A stretch of DNA of 63,738 bases, counting the filler, from Intoshia linei (Eukaryota; Animalia; Orthonectida): assembly GCA_001642005.1 (NCBI GenBank). It is 6 parts of 6 records of this genome, joined end to end, with 100 filler letters (N's around TTAATTAATTAA, not from the genome) between each part and the next. Parts side by side here need not be neighbours in the genome. Positions count along the whole stretch, not along the records: positions 37,045 to 56,811 come from LWCA01000718.1; 5 more parts are not named here. One strand, written 5' to 3'. Below the pieces are notes generated by a model. That model did not search any database and was not told where the DNA came from. It was given only the letters and a program-made list of their open reading frames with translations. A program made the translations under genes and the position numbers. The first letter of the stretch is position 1. The number at the start of each line of letters is the position of its first letter. This document shows, one piece after another, positions 39,515 to 51,180 of the stretch.

Positions 39515-42500
39515 TAAAATAGTGAACATGAGAATTTTTGAAATTATAATTTTCCTTATACTCGAGTCTGAATCTACTTCATAACCATTAAATTCATACT
39601 TAAATTTACATTGCCTATAAATTTCTTCATCAAAAATACTCAAAATGTTATTTTTATATTTTATATTCAAAATTAAACGTATTTTTGAATATTTTTTTGA
39701 AATTTAATTAATATAATATGTTAATTAACATTAAATTAACATATATATGCAGTTAATTATAAAAAAACATTAGTAATAATATAATAATAAATTCTCACTT
39801 TGAACTTAGTTGAAAATTATCCGCTTATTTTGGACGTAATTATTCTTACATTGATTTTAATTATTATTACTATGTCGTTAATTATTCTTACATTGAAAAT
39901 AGCTATTTTTACATTGACTGATACTATTCTTACTTTTCTTACTTCTTATTAATTTAAAAATATCATAATTTTCAAAATGAATTTATATTTTTATTTTGAA
40001 ACTATATTATGGTTAAATGAACCTGCGAATAACAATGATATTTTGATAATTTAAATTCAGAAAATTCCAATATTTTTCTTAAATATACACCTTAAACGTA
40101 AAAAAAATATTATAGGTAATGCGATTGAACCATATTACAATTTAATTGTAAGTCAAAATATACCAGAAACCCTTAATAATTCGATTATCACTTTGAATAT
40201 AGCAATAATCACATTGATAATTGATATTATCACATTGCTTGTAGTTATTTTATTGTCTTGCAAAATGTTATCACATTGAATTTAGATATTATCACATCAC
40301 ATGTAATTATTATCATATTGATAGTGAAATGGTATAGTTGGAAAATTGAATAAGAGCTTTTTGATGAAATTTTCCATAAATTTTTTCGTGGACCCCCATT
40401 TTGGAAATACATAAAGTTGACATTATGAACCCAACATATAATATAATTTCATAATAATCGTAAATTCCAATGTACTTGTAACTTTTAAAAAACGGAAATA
40501 TAATCTTTAGTATCATTTATATGATATAGTTCATTTTGCAATATACCTGTTTTCTAATATTGAATTTCTTGAAACAGATAAATTTAAACTGTAGTAATAA
40601 TCAATTTTTAAACACATAATTTTTTCCAAGTGGTCTCCATATACATTTTGATCTTAAATATCATATATAAATTAAAAATAGATACAAAAATTTTAAATAA
40701 ATAATATTACCACAGTAGCGGTACCGAAATTAAAGTTAGAAGAAAAAATTTCATATTCAACTAATAAAGCAAAAAAATTAATTTAGAAATTACATCTTAT
40801 GTGGTATGCGAAAAATTATTAGGGGTTAAACTTATATAATGTATTTAAATATTAATGTTTATATTATGTTTCATTATTAATATATTTCTAGTTTTTATTC
40901 TACTAAATTTTTCAACAACTGCATCAAAATCGACATTTTCGGCAAGTTTTATTTTTGATTATCAACAACGTTAAGTCCGGTAATTTAACTTAAACTACTG
41001 TTAAACTCCGATAACAAATTAATATACATAAAACGTAAACAATGATAACAATCATAATTTAATAAATGCAAATATGATGGGTCCTAGAAAACTTATTTAA
41101 TATTACACAATGTTAATATACAAAACGCCAGGGAGGGGGGGCCGCCAATCCCTTAACCCTACATAGATCCGCTACTGAGTACTATATAAATTGCATTTGA
41201 GTTAACAAAAAAATGTATATGTTAACGCAATTTTTAATTCATCAAAACGGGGAAATTCCAATTTCAATTGAATGATTAAATCTCAGAAGGTTGCGTATTC
41301 GTGGTCAAAAATTACTTTTAATATTTTCTCAACCAATATTTTCTCAACCAATATTTTTCCAATTTCAGTACAGTACATTTAGTACAGCTGTATATCAAAA
41401 TAAAATCACCTTTTAACTTTAAATACTTTTGTTTGATTCTAATATGGAATTTTTTAAAAAATGGATAAAAATAACGTACTTCTGATTTACATGCGCTAAG
41501 GGAACATTAAAATTGTTGATAACATTCATATCGATGTTATTTAAAAAATATTTTACACTTTCCGTGTCTTTATTAGGGCATTCACTATGTGGATATTCGA
41601 GTTTGTAAAATCTAAATAGAAATGTAATTAATATGACTATATTAAACAAAGTATAAATATTTTTCTTGACTAACCAACTCATAATTTTAGACTCTGCTGC
41701 TTTTGTTTTATCCTGTTGAATATTATAATTACAAATAAAATTATATAAATAAAACGTACATATTCCGATGATTTTCCATACAAAAACTGACCATATTTAT
41801 CAATAATGACAAATTTTTTCATATCATATCCATTAATATTCGATGCTATATTAGTCATAAACTCGTTTGGGAATATCCCTCCAACAACTAAAATAATGAT
41901 TATCGTATTTTTCCATATTACCCCATTTGAGTAATGAATTTTTCCATTTTTTTGTAATGAGTCTTGCGGCAAAATTTACTACAAAATTAGAATGTAAAAA
42001 ATATAACAATAATTACATTCTTGATTTATCTTTAAAATCAAATATTTAGTTTCGATACTTGAGAAAAGCATCGTTGAATACTTCACAATAAATGAAATAA
42101 TTGATTTAGATTTTATTATTGGATAGACGGCCAAATAATTAATTGAGTTCATTATAAATCGGTATTTAAATATTAACTTGTCATGCTCAATCCAATAAAC
42201 GTAAAGATTCGAAGATATCATCTCGTAATTTTTTCTTGAACCATTAAATGAAAATTTATCGAAAATTTGAAACATTTCATATGAATTAGTATTTAAGACG
42301 CTTTGATTGATATTATAAAAGTATGAAAATCTATTATGATCAATTGATTGCATAACCGTATAAATAGATCGAGGGTTATCTTCAAATTTTGATATTATGC
42401 CTTTATTTTTCACATCTGGAACTGCCAAAAATAAAACTATAGAGTTTTCCAATATGGAAAGGTAGAAATAGTCCGTATTGCGAGATTTTTCTTTTACGAC

Positions 42501-44205
42501 TATATTACCATTTTCAAAAATTCTTTCTACGTCCAAGTTTTTAAATTCTAAATCATTTACCGAAATTGGGTTTTTCAATAAATTTGTATTTGAATAAAAC
42601 AAAATGTATCCCTCTCGGTCGATGCCAAATTTATAATCAGAAGTATAAACCAAATCGGTTCCTATATTTGAAATGGTAGAAGTCTTTATTTCCATTGCTA
42701 TCACACCTATTAAATCAGAAGTAGGGGAAGACATGTTATAGACTGGCATAGACAAAATGTTGGTTATTTCTTTATCTAAAAAACTTTGAGATGGTAACGA
42801 TATGTAAATTTTTCTATCTGTGTAATGATCCATGGGCCTATTCATCGACTTGAAAATATTCTAAATTATAAAAAATAAAATTTTATCCCGGTAATATTTT
42901 TAATTCACGCCATCGTTTAATTGTTAAAAATATCATGTTTTAATGGCAGATAAATAACTTATAATTTTATATCTACACAGGTCATATACTGTTTATAAAT
43001 AAAAATGTTCAATTCAAATAAACCTTAACGTCATTTAAATAATAAAATTAAACTACCGTTACGGAAGGTTTAATGTTTCCGGTAGATGATATACGTTGAA
43101 TGATTCCACCATACCGACATGCGATATGTTTAAGAGATGTTATTGGGATAAGATAAGGACTAACAGCAAAAACGTAAATATCAATTACTAGAGGGTCGTT
43201 GTATGTCTTTAATATTTCTTCATTATATCCAAGCTCCGAATCGGTAAAAATAATTATTTTTTTATTACACAAACTTTTGTTTTCTTCACTTAACAAAATC
43301 TTAAATGCTGTTTCAAGTGCATTATCAAAATTGCTGATCCCATTGGATTCAAGCATTTGAATATCGTTTATGAGTAATTTTTTATTTAAATAATTCATAG
43401 GCATTAAATGTGAGAAACATTTTGTCAGTTCGACCTTGTCAGAATATTGAATCAAAATTGCTTTGTCTCGCAATGCAAGATTGGAAATAAATTCAATTGC
43501 TGTTTTCTTCATTAAATTTAGGGTTTGACCGAAAGTACTACCACTAGTATCCAATAAAATTAACAAATTTTTAGATTCCATTACAGCATTTTGGTACCAC
43601 TCAGTTTGTCTTACGTCGTACAGTAAATTTGAAGATGATGCATTTTCAATATTTTTGTAAGGGTAGAATCGTAACACGCCATTTACGGAAGCGTACATTA
43701 ATCTATGAATGTTTGGTTGATTAGCAGTGTGGATGTTTGGCCAAACCAGATTGAATTTTTCGCTTAGGGCAATATCCTTAACAATTTTAGGTTCATTAAC
43801 GTATATATCGACCGGTATGTGTAAACCTGATGGAGGGTGATAATTATATATTAAGTTCTCATTGTTGCGTTTGTTATACAGGTACAGATCAGTGCTTACA
43901 GATGACCGAAGTATGTCTTCTGTATAAACTGACAAGTTTTTCAAAATTTCTCTGTGTTTAATAATGAAACTATTAATTTGTTTTCCAATTTTATCAGTAA
44001 CTTGCTGGTAATTAATATTAGGTCTTAACTCCAAATTTGGTAATACATTTTCCACGCTTTGTATTAATTTAGATGTTCCAATAGAGTCATCCAATTCATT
44101 TTTTAATTTATCCACAAATTGTTGCGCTTTCATCTCAACTGCATAACATGTTCCACCCAACGAAACTGTAAATAGTAAGTAAATTATCTTACATTTTAAA
44201 TACAT
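39485..44205 (-). CDS. CACNA2D: Voltage-gated calcium channel auxiliary subunit alpha2delta (VWA_N, VWA, Cache); 3' exons tentative
   Basis: Signal peptide, 'LHIPVDIY', 'YASVNGVLRFYP', 'YDVRQTEWY', MIDAS 'ILLDTSGST', 'LKHIACRYGG', 'MNRPM' and Cache 'LIGVIAMEI...FGIDREGYILF'. Further exons at 41470-41972. Likely last exon 39485-~39670 with a Cys and a hydrophobic tail. Confidence 0.88.
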
Positions 44206-44945
44206 TTATTCATTTAAACTTAAGAATTTTATTAATAAATCTTAAATCGAGTATAGTAGCCATTTGTAAATTTACTCCAATTCTAGGTTATAGTAACAAA
44301 CATAAAATTTGTATCGATTTTGAAATACAAAAATTTAGATTTATACTTTTCTTTGCTAAAATATAAATGATACAATTTGTAATGATTCGTGTTAAGTTTT
44401 ATTCAATAATACATACATATATTATATAAACTGTTTAATACACTGTAAGATCACTAGAAACCAAAAAAATCGTGATTGTCTATGAAATTCAACTGAAATG
44501 AAACGACTATTCGTGTTTTGATCGAAATATGAAATTACAGTTTCATGCCATGTGATTCTGAGTCAGAATCATTCTGATTTTTTTTTTTAGAAACGTCTTC
44601 CATGCATTGAATATTTTTAACGTTTTTCTATTTTTCCTTTTTATTTATATTTAGATGTGTAATACACATTGTGTATCCATATCTGTTAAACAACATTCTG
44701 ATCCATATTTAAAGGGTGTATTAAAAACTGTTTTCAATATTTTTTTTATTGTTAAAAAATTTCCATCACTTTGTTCACAGTATATGATTTCTTTTACTAT
44801 GTTTGAGTAATTTTTAAAGTACGATATGCCGTAATATATCCCTGACTCGTACTCAATCAAATTTTTACAGTGATCTCAAAATATTAAATGCAATTTTTTT
44901 CCCATTAAAGTGGGAATAATTGAAATACAATCATTAATGTAAGAG

Positions 44946-45030
44946 CAGGGGTGTCACACTCAATTTTTGGCGGGCCAAGTGTGACAAAAAAATATTATGC
45001 TGGGCTTACAAAAAATTATCTTTACTCAAA
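44946..45030. mobile_element. hAT Charlie-like terminus (same family end at 33400-33480, opposite orientation)
   Basis: 'caggggtgtcacactcaatttttggcgggccaa' matches the reverse complement of 33447-33480. Confidence 0.7.
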
Positions 45031-45183
45031 TCATTAATAAACTAGCAGTTTTAATTAATACAATGAAATAAGAAACAATAATGGAATAAATGAATAACTA
45101 ATGCTAAAATTGTAATCAGGAATAAATAAATTATGAAAACTATGTAAAAAATTGTTTAAAATATTGTTAAAAAATAGGTTGTT

Positions 45184-47252
45184 TTGGATATAACTTCGAA
45201 TACTATGAAGTTCCAGTTGAAATGGAAGGGAATTGATCATTCCGGGCCTAAAGTGAATACTGTGGCCGGTAAATCTCCTGATCTAAAAGAAATAGTCGAA
45301 AAGGAGTGGGCTAAATCCACCAAGGCATATTTGTCGAATAAAACACGAAAGGTGGTGGATTTGGGCGCTGTGGCGCCGGATATGAAATACATCGTCGAGA
45401 AATTTCCCGATGTATTTGATTCAAGGCCAGGCCGAACAAAGGAGATCGAACATGAGATTAACGTGATTCCCGGTAAGGAACCCTATCGGGGCCCGGTATA
45501 TGGGGCACCTGGTAACTTGAGAAATAAATTACGTGAACATATTGAGGAAATGTTAAAGTTGGGGATAATTGAGACATCCCGTAGTAATTGGCGAGCTCCT
45601 TTTATGTTAGTGCCTAAGAATGGCGGTAAGGATAGATTCGTCGTAGATTTTAGGGGTTTAAATGATTGAACTGAAAAGAATTTGTTTCCTACCACAAATC
45701 CCACTGAGATGTTTGATCAGTTGAAGGAAGGTCGGGTATTTACCACGATCGATTTGAGTAAGGGATTTTGGCAAGTTCCTTTAAGACCAAGTGACCGGAA
45801 ATACACGGCATTTGCCACCAGTGGGTTGGGCTTAGGTAACAAATTATTTCAATTTAAGGTACTTCCCTTTGGTCTTAGCAATGGTCCCTCAACATGTCAA
45901 AGGTTGAGTGATCGAATTCTGGGTGGAATAGATTGTGCCGTCGCGTATATGGACGATATAATAGTATTCTCTAAATCGCGCAAGGATCACAAACGCGACG
46001 TAGAAGGCGTAGACGCGCGTTGTCAAATTGTAAAGACAAAGACTCGTAGTTACCACCACGAAGGAGTCGGGCTGTTGAGAGATTAAATAGAACGATAAAG
46101 AATCGCTTAATGCCACACCTTTAAGGTCGTTTTGATCGTAACTGGGATCAAAAATTACTAGAGGTATTGTTCGCTATTCGCAACACGGTTTCAGTGGCTA
46201 CTAAGAAAAGTCCGGCCCAAATGGTTTATGGAAAGAATCTAGATTTACCGTGGGATGCCAATAGGACAGGGGTGGTAGTGAATGATCAGGAGCTGAGGAA
46301 CGTGGGTAAATATTACCGGGCTATTATGTCGAAAAATTACGACAAGACGGTTCCAAAACAGCAGGATGTAGAAACGAGAAACTATCGGAATAATGACCCT
46401 GTCCTGGAAAAATTGGATCAGCGAAAGCGGAAAATGTTGGAAGGAAAGAATGATGTTTTCGGCGGGTCGGAGCCAATAGACACTACTGGAAAGTTTTTTT
46501 ATTGTAATCGCGGAGAAATAGAAGGCGATTTTATGGTCAAATGCGATCGATGTAGAAAATGGTTCCATGGTCAATGTGTTGAATTGACTAAAACCGAAGC
46601 AGATAAGTTGGATACTTTCTGTTGAAAGTATTGCGTAAGGCAAAATGGCGCCAGGCGTCGAAGATTACCTTCGAAGTTTAATGATTATATTTTGAATTTT
46701 AAATCTCGCAGGGTAAATAGCAAAAGGATAGATTGCGAACAGTCTGCTGGCCACACACAAAGGATTTGTGATAAATGTGAAGAGGGCACGCAGAAAGTGG
46801 ACAATTTATGGTGCATAATTTGTAGGAAGAATTTCTATCGGCAATGTTTAGCATTGGGTAAGAATATGGTGGGGTGGAATTTATTTGTCTTAACTGCGAA
46901 TATGATGAGGAAGCAGCTGAGAAAATGAGAAGACACCGTTATAATATTAATTATAAGAGAAGTTGAAAATCTTCGTATCAAAATTTCATCAGAGAGTTTG
47001 AAATCTTAGTATCAAAATTTATTTTGGAGTTTGAAATCTTCGTATCAAAATTTTAGTGGTTTTATTTAGAACGTGTTCGAAATGAATGGATCAGCGATCG
47101 ATCTTGGAGGGAGATGTAATAATAAAGCTACAGTATCCAGAGACACTGTTCACTTTATTAATAACCCACTGAAGAATATCACAATTGTAATTTTAATTAA
47201 ATATTTAATTGAATATCGACTTTAATCAGCTCGACCTCTTCGATCCATTACA
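45184..47252 (+). mobile_element. Ty3/Gypsy LTR retrotransposon remnant: RT, partial integrase, two PHD fingers, polypurine tract (PPT) and 3' LTR
   Basis: RT 'WRAPFMLVPK...RFVVDFRGLN', 'IDLSKGFWQV', 'LPFGLSNGP' and 'YMDD'. Integrase end 'ERLNRTIK...WDQKL..VLFAIRN...TKKSPAQMVYG'. PHD at 46490-46634. PPT ggagggaga at 47106-47114, then TGTAAT...ATTACA (47115-47252). Confidence 0.92.
46964..47056 (+). repeat. ~34-bp tandem repeat, about 3 copies, in the Gypsy 3' UTR
   Basis: gaaatcttcgtatcaaaattt core repeated three times. Confidence 0.85.
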
Positions 47253-48473
47253 ACCGTAACCATATTTTACCAAACTGACACTCACTACATTGTGTATTTG
47301 TGTCTGGGTCAAAAATAATTAATTCGACTTCAGGTAACAAAGAAGGAACCGCATACATTTTAATTAAAATACAATCACTGTCCTTATCAACAATTTAAAT
47401 ACGTTGATGCGTAACGATTGGGCATAATATAAATTTCATTTAGAAAATAAAAATAAGGATTATTTAAACATATAGCGTATTGCATTGACAACTACATTTA
47501 CAATTGTAAAGCATTTTTAATGATGATTGGAGTCGATCCGCAAATTCCATAATTGGGCGCCGTATAATTGACACTTCTGTGTAAGGGGCTTCTTTTCCAA
47601 TTTGAATATTTGATAATTTTAATGATTAGTTTTACGTATCATTCAATCTATGTATATTAGGGTGTCACATTTTTTCGAAAATTTTGGAATTTGATAGATG
47701 GTTAGCACTAACCGTGTGTATTTTTAAAAAAGAAACTATAACATAATCAAAAACCACTAACGATAGATATTCGCTGTGCGTTTAACATTTTAAATAAATC
47801 ATTACAAATCTTATAGTAAAATTAAAATATAACTTAATTTTTGTTAAAAACAGTGTTATAGTGAATTGTCATGATTTTCAGAGTATTATGTTAATCACCG
47901 TTTATAACTGACATCTTACTTTTTTAATTTTTATTCTAGCTGTCTTAGTTCGATTTTTATCAACGATTGAATTTCTTAAATTTAGTAAATTTTAGTGTAT
48001 AAATGTAAAGTGAAAAAAAAATTTAGAAATTTCATTTAATAACACAAACATAAACACAAGTAATACTAAAACATCGTGTATATTATTATTAATTTATTAT
48101 TGATGCACGATCGAAAATGAACAATAGACCAAAAAAAAATTTTTTTCACTAACTATGCATATTGTTATATAGCCCTAGCGATCTCTCAAAGGTATTGACT
48201 TGATATTTTAAATTTAACACATACATGCAGTTATGATATTCAAGAATATAATTTTTGATTCATTCGGAAAAATGATGACCCCTTTTTACAAAAATTTCGT
48301 CGAGCTCCCCCCAAGAGGGGCTAGAGTATGTTAGGTTCGGCAATGTATAATATACAGTGTATATATGTATTCCAAATGAAACCCAGTTTTAACGGTTACC
48401 ATTACACAATTGTAGTTTATTTTTAGAAATTATTTGCTCATAGAAAAATAAAGTTTAGCTTTGAAAAATTGAA

Positions 48474-49035
48474 ATGTGCAAAATTTTTATATCTATTTTT
48501 GTAGTTATATTTTTAACGATATATATTCACGGACAATGCCAAAAATTGAAAATTTCTAAGGAGAATTATTTTATAAACACTTCAGATGATGCATTACTAA
48601 AAAGTATGATAATATTGACTCAGTTCAATCTAATGTGCACTTATGGCAGTTTGAATAAACCGCTTTATGCTCGTCATGATGGTAGATTATATCAAATTGT
48701 AAAAATTCATTCTCATGATACTTATCAACTGAGTATATCACCGGCGTTCAAGAACGAAGAATACAGCCCTAACGTTGTTAGTCAATCAGATTTCATCCCC
48801 AATTCAGACATTGTATTTGAAATTATCGAATTACAAGTAGATTCAGTATTTATAAAATATATTTGTTTAGAATGACGAATCTCAAAATTTTAAAGTATTA
48901 GGTCAAATAAAAGTTTTCTATGGAAGAGACTGGAGAGTGATATACTACTTAAAGTCTATTAATCCGATATTATTCATCTTACTGATTTCAACAGGAATAT
49001 CGTATTATGCATATCGCATCAAGAAATTTTTTTAA
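48474..49035 (+). CDS. Uncharacterised small type-I membrane protein, 2 exons
   Basis: Hydrophobic N-terminus 'MCKIFISIFVVIFLTIYIHG'. Intron at about 48837-48871. Exon 2 'NDESQNFKVLGQIKVFYGRDWRVIYYLKSINPILFILLISTGISYYAYRIKKFF*'. Confidence 0.6.
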
Positions 49036-51180
49036 TTGATATATAAACATTTTATACTGTTCGATATTGCTTATCTTTGCTAACTAGCTGTTTTTGATAA
49101 TGATTCATGTTCTTTTGGCAATAGACAAATTTTTGATAGTTTACTGTTTTAAAGTAGCAATATGGACACATTTTTTTAGGATACATTTTTACAATATATT
49201 CTACTTTCGGAGTCTTTGTGAAATTTCTAGATATATTTGTTTGTAATTCAGCTACCAATGTCATCAAATGTAATTTTGTCTTTATCAAATGTAACATTAC
49301 GTTTTAATTGTTGAAAAGATAGGATGAAGTGTAATTTATTATTTTATTATGATTAATAATCATTGATTATAGGCAGACTAGGAAACCTTTTTCTATTTGT
49401 CGACCATAATTTTAAAATTCTGACATACAATTGTAATTAATATACATCAGGTATTAAAATATAACCAGTTTTTTCTAAAATAAGTGTATGATATGTAAAA
49501 ATTTTGAAATACCCCGTAACGCATCAAAACTTAAAAGTATGATTATCATTCACGCATCTTACCTTTTATTTAAAAACAATTATCAATTTAAGGTTGTACA
49601 ATTACATAATAAATTTTTCCTTTAACACCTGTTTGAAACGCTACACAATTAAAGGATTTCATCAGAGTCAAATCCCACAATATAATCTAACGTTTGTTTT
49701 TGAACATATTTTAAAAAAAATTAAATTTTATCCCGATATTTCCTCAAACATTCTGAATAATTACATTTTTGTGAAAAATTTAATGTGAAATTATCGATAA
49801 AAACCGTGGTTACTGTGGTAAAAAAATATGTAAATTCTTGGCCCAACGCAGATATCAATATACAGCAGTGATGTTAAACCTTTGTTTCGCGGAACATCAA
49901 AAATTCGTAAATAAAATCTATCAAAAAATTGAAATGCAGAAAATGATTAAGATTTTCTTGTGGAAAAACGATTTTTTGATGCAGTAAGATCTCATTTAAC
50001 GAAAAATAGAGAATATGGAGATATGAATTATAATTATAGAATCAATATATTTAGGTATTATCAATATTTTTTTAGAAATTTCGTTTGTCTATTACCTTAT
50101 TGTTTGTTACGGTGTCTATTGATTTATCGAAATTATTCATTAACAAAAAATTAAATTTTATTTCTTAAAATCATAAAAACCAAAACAATACTGACAAAAA
50201 ATCCCTAAAATAAATAATATTGATTTTATTTCGTTGATACATTGTGATTATTTTTTATTATAACCTTTTTACTATTCACTCATTGGAGTTGTTGAGCGTT
50301 TTACATGATCATTGATCATATCCAAAAATTTCCAACAGGTTGGTTGATTCTTCCATCCAGATTAATATTTTTTTAATCTTTCGAGATTGCTCTACAAAAT
50401 AATTACTACAATATATGTTTTAATTGTCCTACAATAATTTTATTGTAATTAAATGTACAATTTTAATTTTTATGATTTCATTAAAATAAACTTTGCAAAA
50501 AAATAATGTTTCAGTGGCTCTGAACGTCAGTTCTTTGTGAAGATTCTCAATGCACAATATAAAAATCCGATTATATGTTATATGTATTTCCATATCACCA
50601 TTCATAGAACAATATCGCTTGTTATTTTTTTGATATGAAAATTTAGCCCACATCAGCACAAATCGAAAGAAGGTTTTAAACAGTGCCAAATTTAGTATCT
50701 AAAGTTAGAACCCGTCTAAAGACTGAATCTGTAAATAATTGCTGTATTTTGAAACATTACTATAATTTATAACAATCTAAAATAAACTTTTAAATTTGAT
50801 ATTTTAATTTATATATACGGCAAATTATTAATTTTTTTAAATGTCCCAGGAAATTAAAATAATACTATTTTTCAGAAATACAGAAAGTTTGTTCTAATTA
50901 AATAGTATTATATGTATTACTAATGATTTCAAAAAATATAGATAATTGTACATTATCCTTAAACAAAGTTAACATGATACATGTATATATAATAGTGTAC
51001 TATTTTAATATATATAATACACTTAGTCTGTTTAGACATATTATGAATGATGAAATTTAAACTTATAAATTTACATATAATGACGCATTGTAGCGAATAC
51101 ATTTTTGACACAGATATTAATTAGTATAATAATACAATTTAATTGATAATTTTATTAAAATAATGCGTTAAATATAAATA

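Noticed and set aside
45667-45669. In-frame TGA in the Gypsy RT, and another in the PHD at 46623, as programmed readthrough, selenocysteine or an alternative genetic code
   Set aside because: The element has other frameshifts and deletions. Host genes here use TGG for Trp, and TGA ends MPDU1, so simple decay explains these stops.
49052-49430. Minus-strand ORF with CPYC, and upstream 'LKLWSTNRKRFPSL'
   Set aside because: There is no thioredoxin-fold context. It may be a decayed hAT dimerisation region or a small gene, but the evidence is too weak to call.
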